A stretch of 64,000 nt of DNA from Candidatus Caldarchaeales archaeon (GCA_039630085.1 JBCNVM010000005.1:14122-78121); one strand, 5' to 3'. Positions 18,627-27,624 are shown, counted from the stretch's first letter. The notes: generated by a model not told the origin, from the sequence alone. Numbers and translations are program-made.

Positions 18627-19160
18627 TTAGCCGCCCGTTCTGCCGATCACCATCTCGAGCAGCGTGCCGAGGACGAGCCAGGCCGTGTTCTTGTCTATCG
18701 CGACGCACGGAAGCACGGGTATCGAGGGAGGCACTCCGAGCACGAACCTCACGTCCTCGGGCCTAAGGGCGTGAGGCAGGTCCTGTTTGTTCGCCGCGAC
18801 GACTATCGGCAGCCTCGCGAACTGGGACCGGGCCCTCTTGAACTCCTCGACCGCTGAAGCGATCGACTCCGAGTCGCTCGAGTCAACCATGAAGATGACC
18901 CCGTTCGCCCCGACCGAGAGAACCCTCCACATGAAGGAGAACCTGGGCTGTCCGGGGCTCCCGAAGATCCTCACCACGTAGCCGTCCCCTATGTCGACCA
19001 TCCCGAAGTCCATCCCCACGGTCGTCTTCTCCTTCTTCCTCCTCTCCTCTGGAGAGGTCACCTCGACGTCCGTCGTCATGCTTATCCCAGCCAAAGTCTT
19101 GATGAAGGTGGTCTTCCCCGCGTTGAAAGGTCCCACGACGAGGACCTTGACGCTCCTCAT
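18627..19160 (-). CDS. small Ras-like GTPase (MglA/Arf-Rag-like, archaeal)
   Basis: G1 GPFNAGKTT, G3 DSPGQ-like (FGSPGQ), G4 NKQD. Confidence 0.8.
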   Translation of the reverse strand: MRSVKVLVVGPFNAGKTTFIKTLAGISMTTDVEVTSPEERRKKEKTTVGMDFGMVDIGDGYVVRIFGSPGQPRFSFMWRVLSVGANGVIFMVDSSDSESIASAVEEFKRARSQFARLPIVVAANKQDLPHALRPEDVRFVLGVPPSIPVLPCVAIDKNTAWLVLGTLLEMVIGRTGG

Positions 19161-19164
19161 GACC

Positions 19165-19530
19165 TCATTCCTTGAAGTACACCGAGAGCAGCATGTTGAT
19201 GAAGCCGAGGTTCGGGTTCGACTTCGTTATCGCGACGACCACGTCCCCCCTGTAGGGCATCGCGAAGACGTACCTCCGGTCGGTCAGCTCGACGTAGATC
19301 CTCTTGTAGTCCCCGAGCTCGAGCATCTCCAGCACCGACCTGATCACCCCCGACACCGCTGATATCGCTGCGGCGAGGTAGTCGGGGCTGAGCGAGATCG
19401 AGTTGGCGTGCGCGACCGGCGTTCCGTCCGGCTTAGCGACCAGTAGTACCTCTATCGCGCCCCTGCTGACCCTCAGGACCTCCTCCAGGTAAACCCTGAG
19501 GTAGTCCGGGTCGTAGCGGAACCCGCACAA
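19165..19530 (-). CDS. Roadblock/LC7 domain protein (MglB-like)
   Basis: 121 aa with Roadblock fold signatures. ATGA-type coupling to the GTPase gene downstream. Confidence 0.7.
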   Translation of the reverse strand: MCGFRYDPDYLRVYLEEVLRVSRGAIEVLLVAKPDGTPVAHANSISLSPDYLAAAISAVSGVIRSVLEMLELGDYKRIYVELTDRRYVFAMPYRGDVVVAITKSNPNLGFINMLLSVYFKE

Positions 19531-19533
19531 CGC

Positions 19534-20172
19534 TCACCTGACCTCCAGCATCCGCGCCAGCACGACCCTGAGTCGCTCCGTGATCTTCCGCAGTTCCTCC
19601 GCGCCGACGGGTCGGCTCGTCCTGAAGTGGGCGTAGATCTCCCGCTCGTCGATGGTCGCGACCCTCACCACACTCTCGACGCCCCCGTTGAAGACCGCGA
19701 AGGACCTGGCCCGGTCGTTGGCCATCATGACGACGGAGAAGGCCTCGGCCAGCAGCGCAGCCAGCTTCTCCGGGTCCTCCTCGCCCTCGTGGTCGATGAC
19801 GTGCCCTGCCGAGTCGAAGAGCAGGACCGACCCGAGGTCGAAGGCCTTGAGGAGGTCCTTCAGGTCCGAAATCTCGCCGACCTCGACCTCCTCCGGCTGC
19901 TCGGGGGGAGGCGGCGGGGGCGTGACCATGACGGCTTGGGCCGCCTGTTGCGGCGGCGCGGGCTCCGCGGGAACCTCGGGCTGGGGCCGTGCCGTTGACC
20001 TCTCCTCCTCGGGCTGAACGGGTTTGACGGTGATCTGGAGCGCCTCCCTCATGAGCTTCAACTCAGCGGTGATCCTCTTCAGGCCGGAGATCACGGTAAG
20101 CAGCACGACTATCACGGCGACCGCGATCACGACCGGCCAGACCAGTCCCAGCACCTCGGCGACCCCCTGCAA
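19534..20172 (-). CDS. membrane-anchored Roadblock/LC7 domain protein with Pro-rich linker
   Basis: N-terminal TM helix, PPPPPPEQPEE linker and a C-terminal Roadblock-like domain (LLFDSAGHVIDHEGE…). Confidence 0.65.
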   Translation of the reverse strand: MQGVAEVLGLVWPVVIAVAVIVVLLTVISGLKRITAELKLMREALQITVKPVQPEEERSTARPQPEVPAEPAPPQQAAQAVMVTPPPPPPEQPEEVEVGEISDLKDLLKAFDLGSVLLFDSAGHVIDHEGEEDPEKLAALLAEAFSVVMMANDRARSFAVFNGGVESVVRVATIDEREIYAHFRTSRPVGAEELRKITERLRVVLARMLEVR

Positions 20173-20261
20173 CGCTCGCCCTCCACCGTGACTCCCCGCA
20201 ACTCCCCCTCAAAAAACGTTCTTATACGCAGGGCGGGGGACGGCGCGACGCCCTCTGCGGG

Positions 20262-20519
20262 TCAGACTCCGGCCAGCCCACGGCCCGGTGCGGGACCCTG
20301 TATCCCCGTGGCCACTAGGACGATCGCCCTCTCGGGGAGGACACGCCGCATGTAACAGACCTTGCAGACGGTCCTCGAGCCGGTGAAGACTGCGCACCTG
20401 CTGCAGACCATCCGGGAGCAGATGCCGCACCTCCTGACCGCGAAGTGATCCGGGTGGTAATAACACCTGTAAGCGATCGCAAGGGCCTCGGCGGCGCCGG
20501 TCCCTCTCGCCTCCGGCAC
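20262..20519 (-). CDS. small cysteine-rich zinc-ribbon protein (hypothetical)
   Basis: CxxC…CxxC…CxxC pattern (CGICSRMVCSRC…CKVC) in 85 aa. Lies in the gap between two operons. Confidence 0.35.
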   Translation of the reverse strand: MPEARGTGAAEALAIAYRCYYHPDHFAVRRCGICSRMVCSRCAVFTGSRTVCKVCYMRRVLPERAIVLVATGIQGPAPGRGLAGV

Positions 20520-20606
20520 GGCTCGTCAACTCCTTCAGGGGATATTTCACGGTGCCCGCGGAACGGACGAAGGTAGTCTGGGTGTAATGCCCGTATGATC
20601 TCCCCG

Positions 20607-21755
20607 TCATCGCCTCTGGACTATCCTGACGATCCTGTCGTCGCCTGGCCTCGGCCTGCCGCGACCGTCCCTGTTGCTGGTCAGGAGGTAGACGGAGCCG
20701 TCGGGTCCTTGGGCCACGTCCCTGAGCCTGCCCAGAGCTCCCCGCAGAAGGACCTCGTGCGAGACGACCATCCGCTCTTCGACGTCCAGCGCGACGGCGT
20801 GCAGCGCCTCTCCCCTCAGGGCCGCGAAGAGCAGCCTGCCCTCCAAGGACTCGAGGTCCGACCCGGAGCAGAACGCGCAGCCGGAGGGCGCCCAGGTCGC
20901 GTCGCCGCTTTCGAGCACCGGGTCGAGGAACCTCGGGTCGCGTCCCACTCCGATCACGTGGGGCCACCCGTAGTTGCCTCCGGGGACGATGAGGTTGAGC
21001 TCGTCGTGCGCGAACCTCCCGAACTCGCCGGTCGGTCCGTGCTCGGTCGCGAAGAGCCTCCCGTGCCTCGGGCTCCAGGCGATCCCCTGAGGGTTCCTGT
21101 GGCCGTAGCTGTAGACGACCGACCCTCGGAACGGGTTGTCGGCGGGCGCCGAGCCGTCGGGCCTGAACCTCAGGACCTTCCCCGCCAGCGAGTCGAGCCT
21201 CTGGGAGAGCTCCGGCCTCGCTGCGTCCCCCGTCGTCGCGTAGACGTTCCCGTCCGGGCCGACCTTCACCCTGCCGCCGTTGTGGACCGATGCAGCCTCG
21301 ATGCCCGTCACCAGCGTGACGCGGTCCCTGAGCGAGAGGTCGTCGAAGAGCAGGACCGAGTTCCCGAGCCTCTGGCCGGCGTATGAGGTCCTGTAGACCA
21401 GTAGCTTTGAGCCTCTTCCGATCAGGTCGCACCCTAGGAGCCCTCCCTCGCCGACGTGGGCCACCTCCACGGTCCCCAGGAGCTCCGCCTTGCCCGAGCT
21501 CAGGTCGACCAGCCTCACCCTCCCCGGCCTCTCGGTGACAACAGCCTCGTCCTCGCCCAAGAAGGCGATCGACCAGGGTATCTCGAGGCCCTCGGCGACC
21601 GTCTCTACGGTTAAGTCCGCACGCCCTCGCCCCTCGGGGGCCGCGACGGGGGTCGTCAGGGCCCTGAACCCGAAGTAGGCGGCTCCGGCCAGAAGTGCGA
21701 CGCCTGCGCCGACCAGAAGCCTCCTCCTGCTCAGATTAACTAACGCGCCGCTCAC
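20607..21755 (-). CDS. PQQ-dependent soluble sugar (glucose/sorbosone) dehydrogenase, Tat-secreted
   Basis: Twin-arginine signal (SRRRLLVGAGVALLAG) and beta-propeller sGDH motifs (GGLLG, YSYGHRNPQGIAW, GGNYGWP). Confidence 0.8.
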   Translation of the reverse strand: MSGALVNLSRRRLLVGAGVALLAGAAYFGFRALTTPVAAPEGRGRADLTVETVAEGLEIPWSIAFLGEDEAVVTERPGRVRLVDLSSGKAELLGTVEVAHVGEGGLLGCDLIGRGSKLLVYRTSYAGQRLGNSVLLFDDLSLRDRVTLVTGIEAASVHNGGRVKVGPDGNVYATTGDAARPELSQRLDSLAGKVLRFRPDGSAPADNPFRGSVVYSYGHRNPQGIAWSPRHGRLFATEHGPTGEFGRFAHDELNLIVPGGNYGWPHVIGVGRDPRFLDPVLESGDATWAPSGCAFCSGSDLESLEGRLLFAALRGEALHAVALDVEERMVVSHEVLLRGALGRLRDVAQGPDGSVYLLTSNRDGRGRPRPGDDRIVRIVQRR

Positions 21756-21816
21756 CTCCCTCCTCCCTCGGGTCCTCGGGGTCGAATATGGGCGATTCTT
21801 CAGGACGCGGAACCGG

Positions 21817-22422
21817 TCACTGGACGCCGAACATCGATTTCACGACCCGTTCGAGCTCCGCGGCCCGTTCCTCGTCCGAGGCGGCCACGGCGTACCGCCT
21901 CCTCTCACCTCCGCGCCTCAACGTGAACTCGAGATGCACGCCGCGCCTCCTCACCGTCTCGCACTCGACCGTCCCGAGCTCTGAGGTCCACGAGATCCTC
22001 GTCCACTTGACGCCAAACCGGGGCCCCAGGACCTCGTTCAAGAACCTGATCGCCCGGGAGAGGGTGATGCCTGCGATTGAGCCTAGCGTCGCCTCGGTCT
22101 CCGCCTGCTCGTCCCTCCTTCGGCTCTCGGAGAAGAGCCACCAGACGCCCGTCTGGAAGAGTTGATCGAGGAGGTGTTCAGCGACCGAGCCATTAAGACG
22201 GCTGACGGGCCTTGTGTCGGGCGGGACGTTAGCGACGTGCGAGGTCTCGACCTCGACGACCCTGCCCTCCGTGACGATCAGGAAGCACCTGACCACACCG
22301 CCTCCCAACGTCCTCCAGGAGAACGTCCTCCTCCAGCAGTCGATGACCGCGACCACCTTCTCGTCTCCGGCCTCGGCCACGCCGGTTCCTCGCCGACCTG
22401 GGATAAGAGTTGCGGGATGCAA
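21817..22422 (-). CDS. hypothetical protein
   Basis: 201-aa ORF with native codon usage and no recognisable domain. May start internally. Confidence 0.35.
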   Translation of the reverse strand: MHPATLIPGRRGTGVAEAGDEKVVAVIDCWRRTFSWRTLGGGVVRCFLIVTEGRVVEVETSHVANVPPDTRPVSRLNGSVAEHLLDQLFQTGVWWLFSESRRRDEQAETEATLGSIAGITLSRAIRFLNEVLGPRFGVKWTRISWTSELGTVECETVRRRGVHLEFTLRRGGERRRYAVAASDEERAAELERVVKSMFGVQ

Positions 22423-22428
22423 CCGGAG

Positions 22429-22503
22429 TGCCCCGGCCGGGATTTGAACCCGGGTCCCCGGCTCGAAAGGCCGGTATACTTGACCTGGCTATACGACCGG
22501 GGC
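22429..22503 (-). tRNA. tRNA-Glu (anticodon UUC)
   Basis: Manual fold: acceptor GCCCCGG/CCGGGGC plus A, D-arm GTAT/ATAC, anticodon arm CCGGC-CTTTCGA-GCCGG (UUC), T-arm CCGGG-TTCAAAT-CCCGG. CCA is not encoded. TATA about 30 nt upstream. Confidence 0.85.
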
Positions 22504-22566
22504 CTCGGCCGCAAATCCGTGCGCGTTCTAATAAAGGATTTTAACCGCGTCGACGAATTATGCTCG
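22504..22566. promoter_or_regulatory. AT-rich divergent promoter region (ctaataaaggattttaacc) serving tRNA-Glu (-) and the aldehyde dehydrogenase gene (+)
   Basis: Local AT enrichment and TATA-like elements in both orientations. Confidence 0.45.
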
Positions 22567-24144
22567 ATGTCCGGTCAGCAGAAGATCACGTACGTGACCC
22601 TGTTCGCGGATCCGACGATCCACCCGAACTTCGAGAGCGCGCTGAAGGAGGTCGAGAGGAAGTACCTAGGGAAGAGCTACCCGCTGTACATCGGCGAGCA
22701 GGAGGTCTGGACCGGCGACGAGTTCGAGGACCGGAGCCCGATAGACACGAGCGTGCTGGTCGCGAGGTTCCAGAGGGCGAGGAGGGAGCACATCGCGAGG
22801 GCGATCGAGGTCGCGGACAGGGCCTTCGAGGGTTGGTCGGAGCTGGACTGGAGGGAGAGGGTCAAGGTGATGGAGAGGGCGGCGCAGCTGATCGACGAGA
22901 GGAAGTTCGAGATAGCCGCGGTGATCACCTACGAGGTCGGGAAGAACAGGCTCGAGGCGCTGGCGGAGTGCTGGGAGGCGATCGACGCGATCAGGTACTA
23001 CTGCAGGGTGATGGAGGAGAACGACGGCTACCAGAGGGACCTAGGGCCCGGCGCTCCGGGTGAGATCTGCAAGATGGTCGCGAGGCCCTACGGAGCCTGG
23101 GTCGTGATATCGCCGTTCAACTTCCCGTTCATGCTCGCGAACGGGATGATCCTCGGTGCCCTCATCACGGGGAACACGGTCGTCTTCAAGCCGACCAGCG
23201 AGGCCCCGCTAGCAGGACTGCTGCTCTACAGGGTCTTCAGGGACGCGGGAGTTCCGCCCGGAGCGATCAACTTCCTGACGGGGCCCGGCGACGTCTTCGA
23301 GGAGGAGGTGACGACGAACCCGAAGGTCGCGGGGATAGCCTTCACCGGGTCTAAGGACGTCGGCATGAGGCTCTACAGGAGGTTCCTAACCAGCCAGCCG
23401 TACCCGAAGCCGATCGTCCTCGAGATGGGGAGCAAGAACCCGACGATCGTGACCGACAAGGCCGACATCGGTAAGGCCGTGACCGGAGTGATAAGGGCCG
23501 CGTTCGGGTACGGGGGCCAGAAGTGCTCCGCGACCTCGAGGCTCTACGTCCACGAGCGGATCTACGACCGGTTCGTCGAGGAGCTGGTCAGGGAGACCTC
23601 GAGGCTGAGGGTAGGGGACCCGAGGGAAAGGGAGACCTTCATGGGTCCGGTGATCAACAGGAGGGCCGTCGAGAACTTCAGGGCATACGTCGACGAGGCG
23701 AGGAGGGCCGGAGGTCAGGTGCTCTACGGGGGCGAGGTGCTTGGCGGGGAGCCCTACGACCGGGGCTTCTACGTCCAGCCAACGATCATCGCAGACGTCC
23801 CGCACGGTCACAGGCTCTGGAAGGAGGAGCTCTTCCTCCCGATCCTGCTGGTTGCGAAGTTCAGGGCCCTCGACGAGGCGATAAGCGCCGCGAACGACAC
23901 CGAGTACGGCCTCACCGCCGGCGTCTTCTCCGAGGACAAGGCCGAGGTCGAGAGGTTCTTCTCGAGGATCCAGTTCGGCGTCTGCTACGCGAACAGGAGG
24001 GGCGGGTCGACTACCGGCGCGTGGCCCGGAGCCCAGACGTTCGTCGGGTGGAAGGCGAGCGGCGCGACCGGGAAGGGCGTCGGAGGGCCCCACTACCTGC
24101 TGACCTTCCTGAGGGAGCAGTCCAGGACGGTCGTCGTCGAGTGA
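22567..24144 (+). CDS. aldehyde dehydrogenase family, L-glutamate-gamma-semialdehyde (1-pyrroline-5-carboxylate) dehydrogenase-like
   Basis: ALDH motifs (VVISPFNFP, FTGS, catalytic GQKCSA, ELGGKNP-like EMGSKNP). RocA-type length of 525 aa. Real start is the ATG at 22567. Confidence 0.8.
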   Translation: MSGQQKITYVTLFADPTIHPNFESALKEVERKYLGKSYPLYIGEQEVWTGDEFEDRSPIDTSVLVARFQRARREHIARAIEVADRAFEGWSELDWRERVKVMERAAQLIDERKFEIAAVITYEVGKNRLEALAECWEAIDAIRYYCRVMEENDGYQRDLGPGAPGEICKMVARPYGAWVVISPFNFPFMLANGMILGALITGNTVVFKPTSEAPLAGLLLYRVFRDAGVPPGAINFLTGPGDVFEEEVTTNPKVAGIAFTGSKDVGMRLYRRFLTSQPYPKPIVLEMGSKNPTIVTDKADIGKAVTGVIRAAFGYGGQKCSATSRLYVHERIYDRFVEELVRETSRLRVGDPRERETFMGPVINRRAVENFRAYVDEARRAGGQVLYGGEVLGGEPYDRGFYVQPTIIADVPHGHRLWKEELFLPILLVAKFRALDEAISAANDTEYGLTAGVFSEDKAEVERFFSRIQFGVCYANRRGGSTTGAWPGAQTFVGWKASGATGKGVGGPHYLLTFLREQSRTVVVE

Positions 24145-24205
24145 CCGGGGCAGACAGCAAACGTAGTCCTACCGACGCGGCGATCGGAGTCCCCCGCTCA
24201 CGCTT

Positions 24206-24619
24206 ATGTGGTTTGATCCCTCTAGTTTTGCGGTGGCGGTCTGGGAGAGGTGGCTCGCAAAGGCGAGGCTCTTCGCTAGGTACGCTGAGGACAACTTCAG
24301 GGAGGCGAGGTACGACGCGGCGGCGTTCTACGCTCAGCAGGCCGCCGAGGTGCTTTTGATAGGGATACTCCTTAAGAGGACGGGCGCGAGGCCCTACACC
24401 CATTCTCTGACCGAGATGTTGGGCGCGTTGGGCCGGATACACGGTAGAGAGGTCCCGAGAGGCGTGCTGATCTCGGCCGCGAAGCTCGAGAGGCACTATC
24501 TGGCTTCGAGGTATCCCGACGCGGGGGCCGTCGAGTACAGCGAGTGGGAGGCCGAGGAGGCCCTGAGGTGCATGAGGGAGGTGCTGGAGTTTGTCCGAAG
24601 CTTGGGTGAAGATTTCTAG
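24206..24619 (+). CDS. HEPN domain protein (toxin component of a HEPN-MNT pair)
   Basis: HEPN helical core with an Rx4-6H-like motif (ERHYLASRYPD). Confidence 0.7.
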   Translation: MWFDPSSFAVAVWERWLAKARLFARYAEDNFREARYDAAAFYAQQAAEVLLIGILLKRTGARPYTHSLTEMLGALGRIHGREVPRGVLISAAKLERHYLASRYPDAGAVEYSEWEAEEALRCMREVLEFVRSLGEDF

Positions 24620-24998
24620 GGAGCTCGCGCGGGAGAAGGAGGAGAGGTTTAGGAGGATACTCGAGGGCCTCTGTCGTGACTCGCTGTTGGTCGTCCTCTT
24701 CGGGTCTAGGGCCCGTGGCGAGGAGACGCCCCTCAGCGACTACGACCTGCTGGTCGTCAAACGCGAACGCGAAGGGGATCGGTTCTCGATCGAGTGGTCC
24801 GCGCAGCTCTTCGTCTTCGGCCTGTCAGAGATGCGGGAGGAGATCGCGAACCTGAACGCGGTCGTCCTCGACGCGTTGACGGAGGGCAAGCTCCTGTGCG
24901 GCGACATCGAGGTCTTCGAGGCGCTCCGACGCGAGGCTCTCGAGACGATCGAACGGAGGAGGATCAGAAAGACGGCGTCCGGCTGGTTCCCTGTGTAA
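24591..24998 (+). CDS. minimal nucleotidyltransferase (MNT) domain protein
   Basis: GS-x9-10-DxD motif (LFGSRARGEETPLSDYDLLVV). Overlaps the HEPN gene by 29 nt. Confidence 0.75.
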   Translation: MSEAWVKISRELAREKEERFRRILEGLCRDSLLVVLFGSRARGEETPLSDYDLLVVKREREGDRFSIEWSAQLFVFGLSEMREEIANLNAVVLDALTEGKLLCGDIEVFEALRREALETIERRRIRKTASGWFPV

Positions 24999-25070
24999 GT
25001 GGCCGCGTGGCGCGCCGCGGTCTCGCAAATCACTCGCGAATGAGCGCAGGTCGGAGCTGTAGCGTGATAA

Positions 25071-25763
25071 GTGCCTCCGATCCGGTGCTCCGTCGAGTTT
25101 TTACACTCGCTGCCGCAGCGGATCGAGGAGTTGCCGGGGAAGCGCGAGCTCGAGAGGGCGGCCCTCAGGAGGGCCTCGGGGTGGCTCGTCGACGCGATGG
25201 TCAGGAGGAGGGTCTCGCCGTTCGCGCTGACCTACTCGGCGTTCGGGCTCGCGGCCATCGCTGCATCGATGTTCGCGCTCCACCGGACGTGGGCCTGGCT
25301 CGTCCCCCTTGGTGGGCTCGTGTACCTGGCATCGGGGCTATTGGACGCGCTGGACGGCGAGGTCGCGAGGAGAGTCGGGAGGGCCACCTCGAGGGGCGCC
25401 TTCGAGGACTCGGTGCTCGACAAGTTCGGGGAGGCCGCGGTCTCCGTCGGGCTGTTGCTGGGGCCTGCGGGAGGGCTGGAAGCACTGCTCTTCGCGACCG
25501 GGTCGCTGCTGGTGAGCTACGCGAGGGCTCGTGCGGAGTCCCTGGGGGTGGAGCTGGCGGGCGTCGGGGTCGCAGAGAGGGCGGAGCGGACGGTCGGCCT
25601 GTTCGTGGGGACGCTGATCTACCCCTTCTGGGACATCGGGTTGAGCCTCGCCCTCGCGTTCGTCGGCGTCGCGGCGTACGCTACGGCAGCCCACAGGTTC
25701 GTCGTCGCGTCGAGGGCCCTCGCGGTGCGGGACGCTCAGTCACTCGGCGCCGGGCGTAGATAG
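25071..25763 (+). CDS. CDP-alcohol phosphatidyltransferase (archaetidylinositol-phosphate/archaetidylserine synthase-like)
   Basis: Motif D-G-x2-AR-x8-G-x3-D-x3-D (LDALDGEVARRVGRATSRGAFEDSVLDKFGE) and multiple TM helices. A likely internal start is the ATG at 25197. Confidence 0.75.
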   Translation: MPPIRCSVEFLHSLPQRIEELPGKRELERAALRRASGWLVDAMVRRRVSPFALTYSAFGLAAIAASMFALHRTWAWLVPLGGLVYLASGLLDALDGEVARRVGRATSRGAFEDSVLDKFGEAAVSVGLLLGPAGGLEALLFATGSLLVSYARARAESLGVELAGVGVAERAERTVGLFVGTLIYPFWDIGLSLALAFVGVAAYATAAHRFVVASRALAVRDAQSLGAGRR

Positions 25764-26840
25764 GGCCTCCCTGAACTCGCGGAGGAACCGGTCGTTATCG
25801 CGCCTCGAGCAGACCGTGACCCTGATGCAGCCCCTCAGGTAAGGGTTCCCCTCGAAGCTCCTCACGACGATGCCCCTCCGAAGGAGCGAGCGCTTCACCT
25901 CTGAGGCGTCGCGGTCGTGGAGCCTGACCAAAAGGAAGTTCGCGGAGGACGGATAGACGCGGACCCCTCCGAGCCCAGAGAGCTCCGACCTGAGCCTCTC
26001 CCTCTCCCCCACGATCCTCTCGACGTCCCTCCTCACGTAGCCGTGGTTCCTGAGCGCGATCGCCCCGCACCTCGCGTTGACCGAGCCGATGCTGTTGGGA
26101 GGCCTGGCCTTGTTCAGCTCCCTCACGACCGACTCGTTCGCGACAAGGTAGCCTATCCTGATCCCCGCGAGCCCGAAGGCCTTCGAGAGGGTCCTTATCA
26201 CGCAGAGGTTCTCGTACCTCGAGAGGAGCCTCACCGCTGTCCTCCCGGAGAACTCGTGGTAGGCCTCGTCGACGACGACCAGCGCCTCCGTCTCGCCGCA
26301 GACCCTCTCTATCGTCCCCTCCTCGAGCCCGTTCCCGGTGGGGTTGTTGGGGTCGCAGAGCCAGACCACGGATGTGCTCCTGTCGCAGGCCCTCAGCAGG
26401 GAGTCGACGTCCTCCCGGAAGTCCTCGAGCCTCGGCACGCCCCTGAACTCGGCCCCCTGCAGCTCTGTCGCGACCCTGAAGTACGAGTAGGTCGGGACCG
26501 GAGAGGTCGCGCTCCTCCCCCTCGTGAGGAAGGCCCTCGAGACGATGTCGATCGCCTCGTCGGCGCCGTTGGTCGGCACGATCTGCTCAGAATCCCAGTT
26601 CACGTACTCGGCCATCGCCTCCCTCAACTCCCTGTAGCTCGTGTCGGGGTACTGGTTGACTTCGATCCCGTCCAGCTCCGACCTCAGCCTCCTCATCACC
26701 GCCGACGGTCTGTACGGCGAGACGTTGGTGTCCATCCTCACGACGTCCTCGGGCCTCAGGCCGTAGGTCCTCGCGATCTCCTCGGTCGAGGGCTCCCACG
26801 CGTACGGCTCGAACTCCGCCAGGTCCTCCCGCGGCCTCAC
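25740..26840 (-). CDS. hisC: histidinol-phosphate aminotransferase
   Basis: Class I/II aminotransferase with the PLP-Lys context (RTLSKAFGLAGIRIGY) and HisC-type N-terminus. Confidence 0.8.
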   Translation of the reverse strand: MRPREDLAEFEPYAWEPSTEEIARTYGLRPEDVVRMDTNVSPYRPSAVMRRLRSELDGIEVNQYPDTSYRELREAMAEYVNWDSEQIVPTNGADEAIDIVSRAFLTRGRSATSPVPTYSYFRVATELQGAEFRGVPRLEDFREDVDSLLRACDRSTSVVWLCDPNNPTGNGLEEGTIERVCGETEALVVVDEAYHEFSGRTAVRLLSRYENLCVIRTLSKAFGLAGIRIGYLVANESVVRELNKARPPNSIGSVNARCGAIALRNHGYVRRDVERIVGERERLRSELSGLGGVRVYPSSANFLLVRLHDRDASEVKRSLLRRGIVVRSFEGNPYLRGCIRVTVCSRRDNDRFLREFREALSTPGAE

Positions 26841-26909
26841 GCGGCTCGAGGGGCACTGGGACGTGATAAGCCCAACCGCCGACGTCTGGCCGGCTCCCGT
26901 TTTTCAACA

Positions 26910-26919
26910 CTTAAATACA
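26910..26919 (+). promoter_or_regulatory. TATA box (cttaaataca) for the rpl21e-rpoF operon
   Basis: About 25-30 nt upstream of the conserved L21e N-terminal coding sequence. Confidence 0.45.
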
Positions 26920-27019
26920 CTGAGGGGACGGGTTCTGGATCGGGTGGAAAGGTCTGGCGCGGCATCACGGTTACAGGTACCGGACGAGGACGCTCCTCAC
27001 GAGGCCCGTCGGGTCGAGG

Positions 27020-27247
27020 ATGGGGCCTAGGCCCGAGGTCTACCTGTTCGACTACCCCGTGGGCAGCAAGGTCGTGATCGCCTCCGACCCCATGGTCCAC
27101 AAGTCGCTCCCCCACAAGAGGTTCCACGGCAAGGTGGGGACCGTCGTGGGGCGGAGGGGCAGGGGCTACGAGGTCGAGGTCTACTTCGGTTCCAAGAGGA
27201 AGCTGCTCTACGTCCTGCCGGACCACCTTATGCCCCACGCGGGCTAG
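27020..27247 (+). CDS. rpl21e: 50S ribosomal protein L21e (N-terminus probably extends upstream to about 26942, see findings)
   Basis: KRFHGKVGTVVGRRGRGYEVEV motif. The upstream in-frame codons encode the conserved HHGYRYRTRTLL L21e N-terminus but have no in-frame start codon. Confidence 0.85.
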   Translation: MGPRPEVYLFDYPVGSKVVIASDPMVHKSLPHKRFHGKVGTVVGRRGRGYEVEVYFGSKRKLLYVLPDHLMPHAG

Positions 27248-27257
27248 GTGAACTCGC

Positions 27258-27623
27258 TTGCCGAGGCGCGTGCTATCGATGAAGCCGCTCTCGATACCCG
27301 AGGTGAAGGAGCTGCTGGAGGGGAGCCCGAGGAGCAGGTCGCCGATGGTCCAGAGGGTCTACGGCTACGTCTCGAGCTACTCGAAGCTCAGCCCAGGGGC
27401 CGCGAGGGCCCTGAAGGAGGAGCTGATGCGGGACCACGGCCTCGACGAGCTGGAGGCGACTCAGGTCGTGAACGTCTGCCCGACGACCGTCGAGGAGCTC
27501 AGGTCTGTCCTCTCCGGACACAAGAGGCTGCTACTGACGGTCCTCGCTGACGAGGAGAAGCTCAGGAGGATCGTCGAGGCGGTCAGGGGGCACGCGGGCT
27601 CCGACCGAAGGTCCGAGGACTGA
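27258..27623 (+). CDS. rpoF: DNA-directed RNA polymerase subunit F (Rpo4/RpoF)
   Basis: Conserved position after rpl21e. Rpb4/RpoF-like helical domain (KELLEG…KEELMRDHGL…). Confidence 0.65.
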   Translation: MPRRVLSMKPLSIPEVKELLEGSPRSRSPMVQRVYGYVSSYSKLSPGAARALKEELMRDHGLDELEATQVVNVCPTTVEELRSVLSGHKRLLLTVLADEEKLRRIVEAVRGHAGSDRRSED

Positions 27624-27624
27624 C

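Noticed and set aside
20209-21432. 407-aa R/G/P-rich ORF on the minus strand
   Set aside because: Low-complexity antisense shadow overlapping the PQQ-dehydrogenase gene and the Zn-ribbon ORF. No domain features.
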